From the NCBI GenBank assembly GCA_965214605.1, contig OZ243961.1:1920001-1984000 (forward strand): DNA of 64,000 nt. The letters run 5' to 3'. Origin of the DNA: an uncultured Candidatus Binatia bacterium (GTDB lineage: Bacteria; Desulfobacterota; Binatia; Bin18). The notes beneath the pieces were generated by a model. It made no database searches, was not told the DNA's origin, and saw nothing but the letters and a program-made list of their open reading frames with translations. Shown here piece after piece: positions 62,046 to 64,000 of the stretch (its first letter is position 1; every line of letters starts with the position of its first letter). The position numbers were made by a program, and so were the translations under genes.

Positions 62046-62425
62046 ATGACCGAAGACAATCCCCCAACTACCGAATCCGGCGATCATTTGGGCGAGAGGC
62101 AGGCCGAACCGCGCACGTCGCGAACGGTTCGGTTCTTCGATTCCGATTGGGAACGCATTGAGCGCGTGGCCAAGGAGCGTGAAATCTCTGCCGCCGCGCT
62201 GCGGTGGGCTTCGCTACCGGCAAGCTCACGGACAACTCCGAGGCGTTCCCGTCCGAAATCGGAGCCCAGATCGAGCACGTCTATCGCGGCGTTTACCTGC
62301 TTTCGACACTCAAGCGCGACGAGATGCTCCGCGAGGGGCAGCAGGAAGAGGTCGATCGAATCCACAAAGAAGCCCGCAAATCCCAGGAGTCGATCCGCAA
62401 TCAGACCTCCAAGCCGGTCGCATGA
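62046..62425 (+). pseudogene. Frameshifted ribbon-helix-helix (CopG-like) plasmid/ICE protein
   Basis: RTSRTVRFFDSDWERIERVAKEREISAA (RHH-like) continues in another frame as IEHVYRGVYLLSTLKRDEML. Confidence 0.5.
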
Positions 62426-62530
62426 CCGGGTGTCCAGACAGGAAAAACATGGCGATGCGCTTCCTATTCGTTCGGCAACAGGCCGGGGGAATCCGCTGCC
62501 TGGGATTGCGGAGACGCCCAGTGTCTCCAG

Positions 62531-63628
62531 TAATACCAGCGGTGCTTGGTTCAGACTCATGAAGGGGATTCCCTCACGGCCCGGTTTCTGATTCAAGGTT
62601 GGAGGCTTGGATTGGAGGTTGGTGATGGGAGCGGCGATCCCCTTGCGGGGAGATTTCGATACGGCTGGATTGCGTCGTCTTGCGAAGCGGAGCCGGGACG
62701 GGGCACAGAGCCATCGTCTTTTGGCAGTGGTGTTGATCTACGACGGTTATCCCCGTTCGGACGCGGCGCGCTTTGCGGGAGTCGGGCTGCAGATCATTCC
62801 GGACTGGGTTCTGCGCTTCAACGAGAGGAAGGTCCGGAGGGCTTGCTGAACCGCAAGGCGCCGGGTCCACCTTACAAGCTGAGCGAGGAGCAGCGCGCGG
62901 CGCTGGCGGCAGTCGTGGAGAGCGGTCTGGACCCGGCGGTGCGCGGCGTGGTTCGTTGGTGGCGCTGCGACCTGGCGGCATGGCTTCGGGATCGGTTCGG
63001 CGTGTCGTTGGCAGGGACGACGGTCGGACAGGAGTTGCGTCGCATGAGCCACGCCAAGCTTTCTGCACGCCCGCGCCACTATGCCCAGGACGAAGCCGCG
63101 TTGGCGGCGTTCAAAACTTCCCCGCACGTCTGAAAGGAGGTTCGCGCCAGGCTCGGTGACGGCGTCGAGGTCGGAGTCTGGTAGCAGGACGAGGCGCATG
63201 TCGGACAGAAGAACAAAATCACCCGGCGATGGGCGAAACGCGATGCGCGCCCGGCGGCGCCCAAGGACCAGAGAACGACTTCGGCCTATATCTTCGGTGC
63301 CATTTGCCCGATGAAAGGCAGGGCCGCCGGGCTTGTCATACCCCGGGCCGACACACACGCGCTCAACGCCCATCTCGAAGAGATCGCCCGAACTGTGGAA
63401 CCCGGCGCCCATGCCCTCGTCATGCTCGACCGGGCCGGATGGCATATCTCATCGTTCCTCGAAGTCCCCGGCAATATCACCTCAATGCCGCTCCCGCCCT
63501 GATCGCCGGAACTCAACCTGGTCGAGAACGTCTGGCAGTTCCTGCGCGACAACTGGCTCTCGAACCGCGTCTTCCAAAGCTACGACAACATACTCAATCA
63601 CTGCTGCCATGCCTGGAACAAACTCGTC
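62531..63628 (+). mobile_element. IS630-family insertion sequence with a degenerate transposase
   Basis: HTH part MGAAIPLR..RLLA..IYDG..DWVLRFN, WRCDL, LSARPRH; DDE part QDEA, MLDRAGWH, SPELN.VENVWQFL; in-frame stops near 63131, 63182 and 63500; 3' end truncated; ends approximate. Confidence 0.85.
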
Positions 63629-63679
63629 TCACAGCGAACTGCCCGGGTTCCGAGCCACCATGCCTCGATTGCGGCGCCC

Positions 63680-64000
63680 TGCCGGACGATCTGGCGATCA
63701 GCCATCGGACCCGGGTCGAGTTCGCCTCGCTGCTTGCCTGTGAAGTTCGCATGGGCAGTCTGGATGCCGGTACGGCGCGCGACGCGGGCTCACGGTTCGA
63801 GACGTTGATTCAGGAGTCCTTTGTTGCGCTACTGCCGACGCGCGACGACTTCGATCGCGCCAAGGACTGGATCGGCCATTTCGATACCGGTCTGAGAGCT
63901 GGAGATGCCCTGCACCTCACCATCGCGGGGAACCACGGCGCGGACGATTTATAGCCTGGACAAGCTGATGATCGCAGCGGGCAAGACGCTGTGCTTACCG
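63680..64000 (+). pseudogene. PIN-domain (VapC-like) toxin remnant
   Basis: ISHRTRVEFASLL..R, LRAGDALHLTIA, followed out of frame by SLDKLM; 5' end lost at the IS630 junction. Confidence 0.7.

Overview
GC-rich bacterial chromosomal window, mostly a catabolic and redox region. It holds two tungsten/molybdopterin aldehyde:ferredoxin oxidoreductase (AOR) operons, each with a 4Fe-4S subunit and a MoaD/ThiS carrier. It also has a DUF1329-like exported protein, an HpaB-like flavin monooxygenase, a Rieske oxygenase, four family-III CoA transferases, six intact amidohydrolases, four VOC proteins, two SMP-30 lactonases, a thiolase and an MFS transporter. Many decayed genes lie between these (RraA-like, CmcJ/NvfI-like, LLM, MFS, nucleotidyltransferases, amidohydrolase, integrase, IS630, PIN toxin). 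The gene content suggests a Binatia/Tectomicrobia-like environmental or symbiotic bacterium (inference only). The standout is a visibly more AT-rich minus-strand four-gene cassette at 19.5-24.9 kb: a PP-loop PAPS-reductase/DndC-like Cys-rich enzyme, a GHKL/MORC-like ATPase, a 'YPVL' hypothetical protein and a DUF6339-like protein. It resembles a restriction/defence module whose modification enzyme is a PAPS-reductase-family protein rather than a methyltransferase. Other notable structure: a 32-bp perfect palindrome upstream of a Fic gene sitting inside a broken LLM gene, and a 37-bp repeat/36-bp spacer/37-bp repeat element at 47.7 kb. No rRNA, tRNA or cas genes were seen. All family calls come from motif recognition by eye, not database searches.
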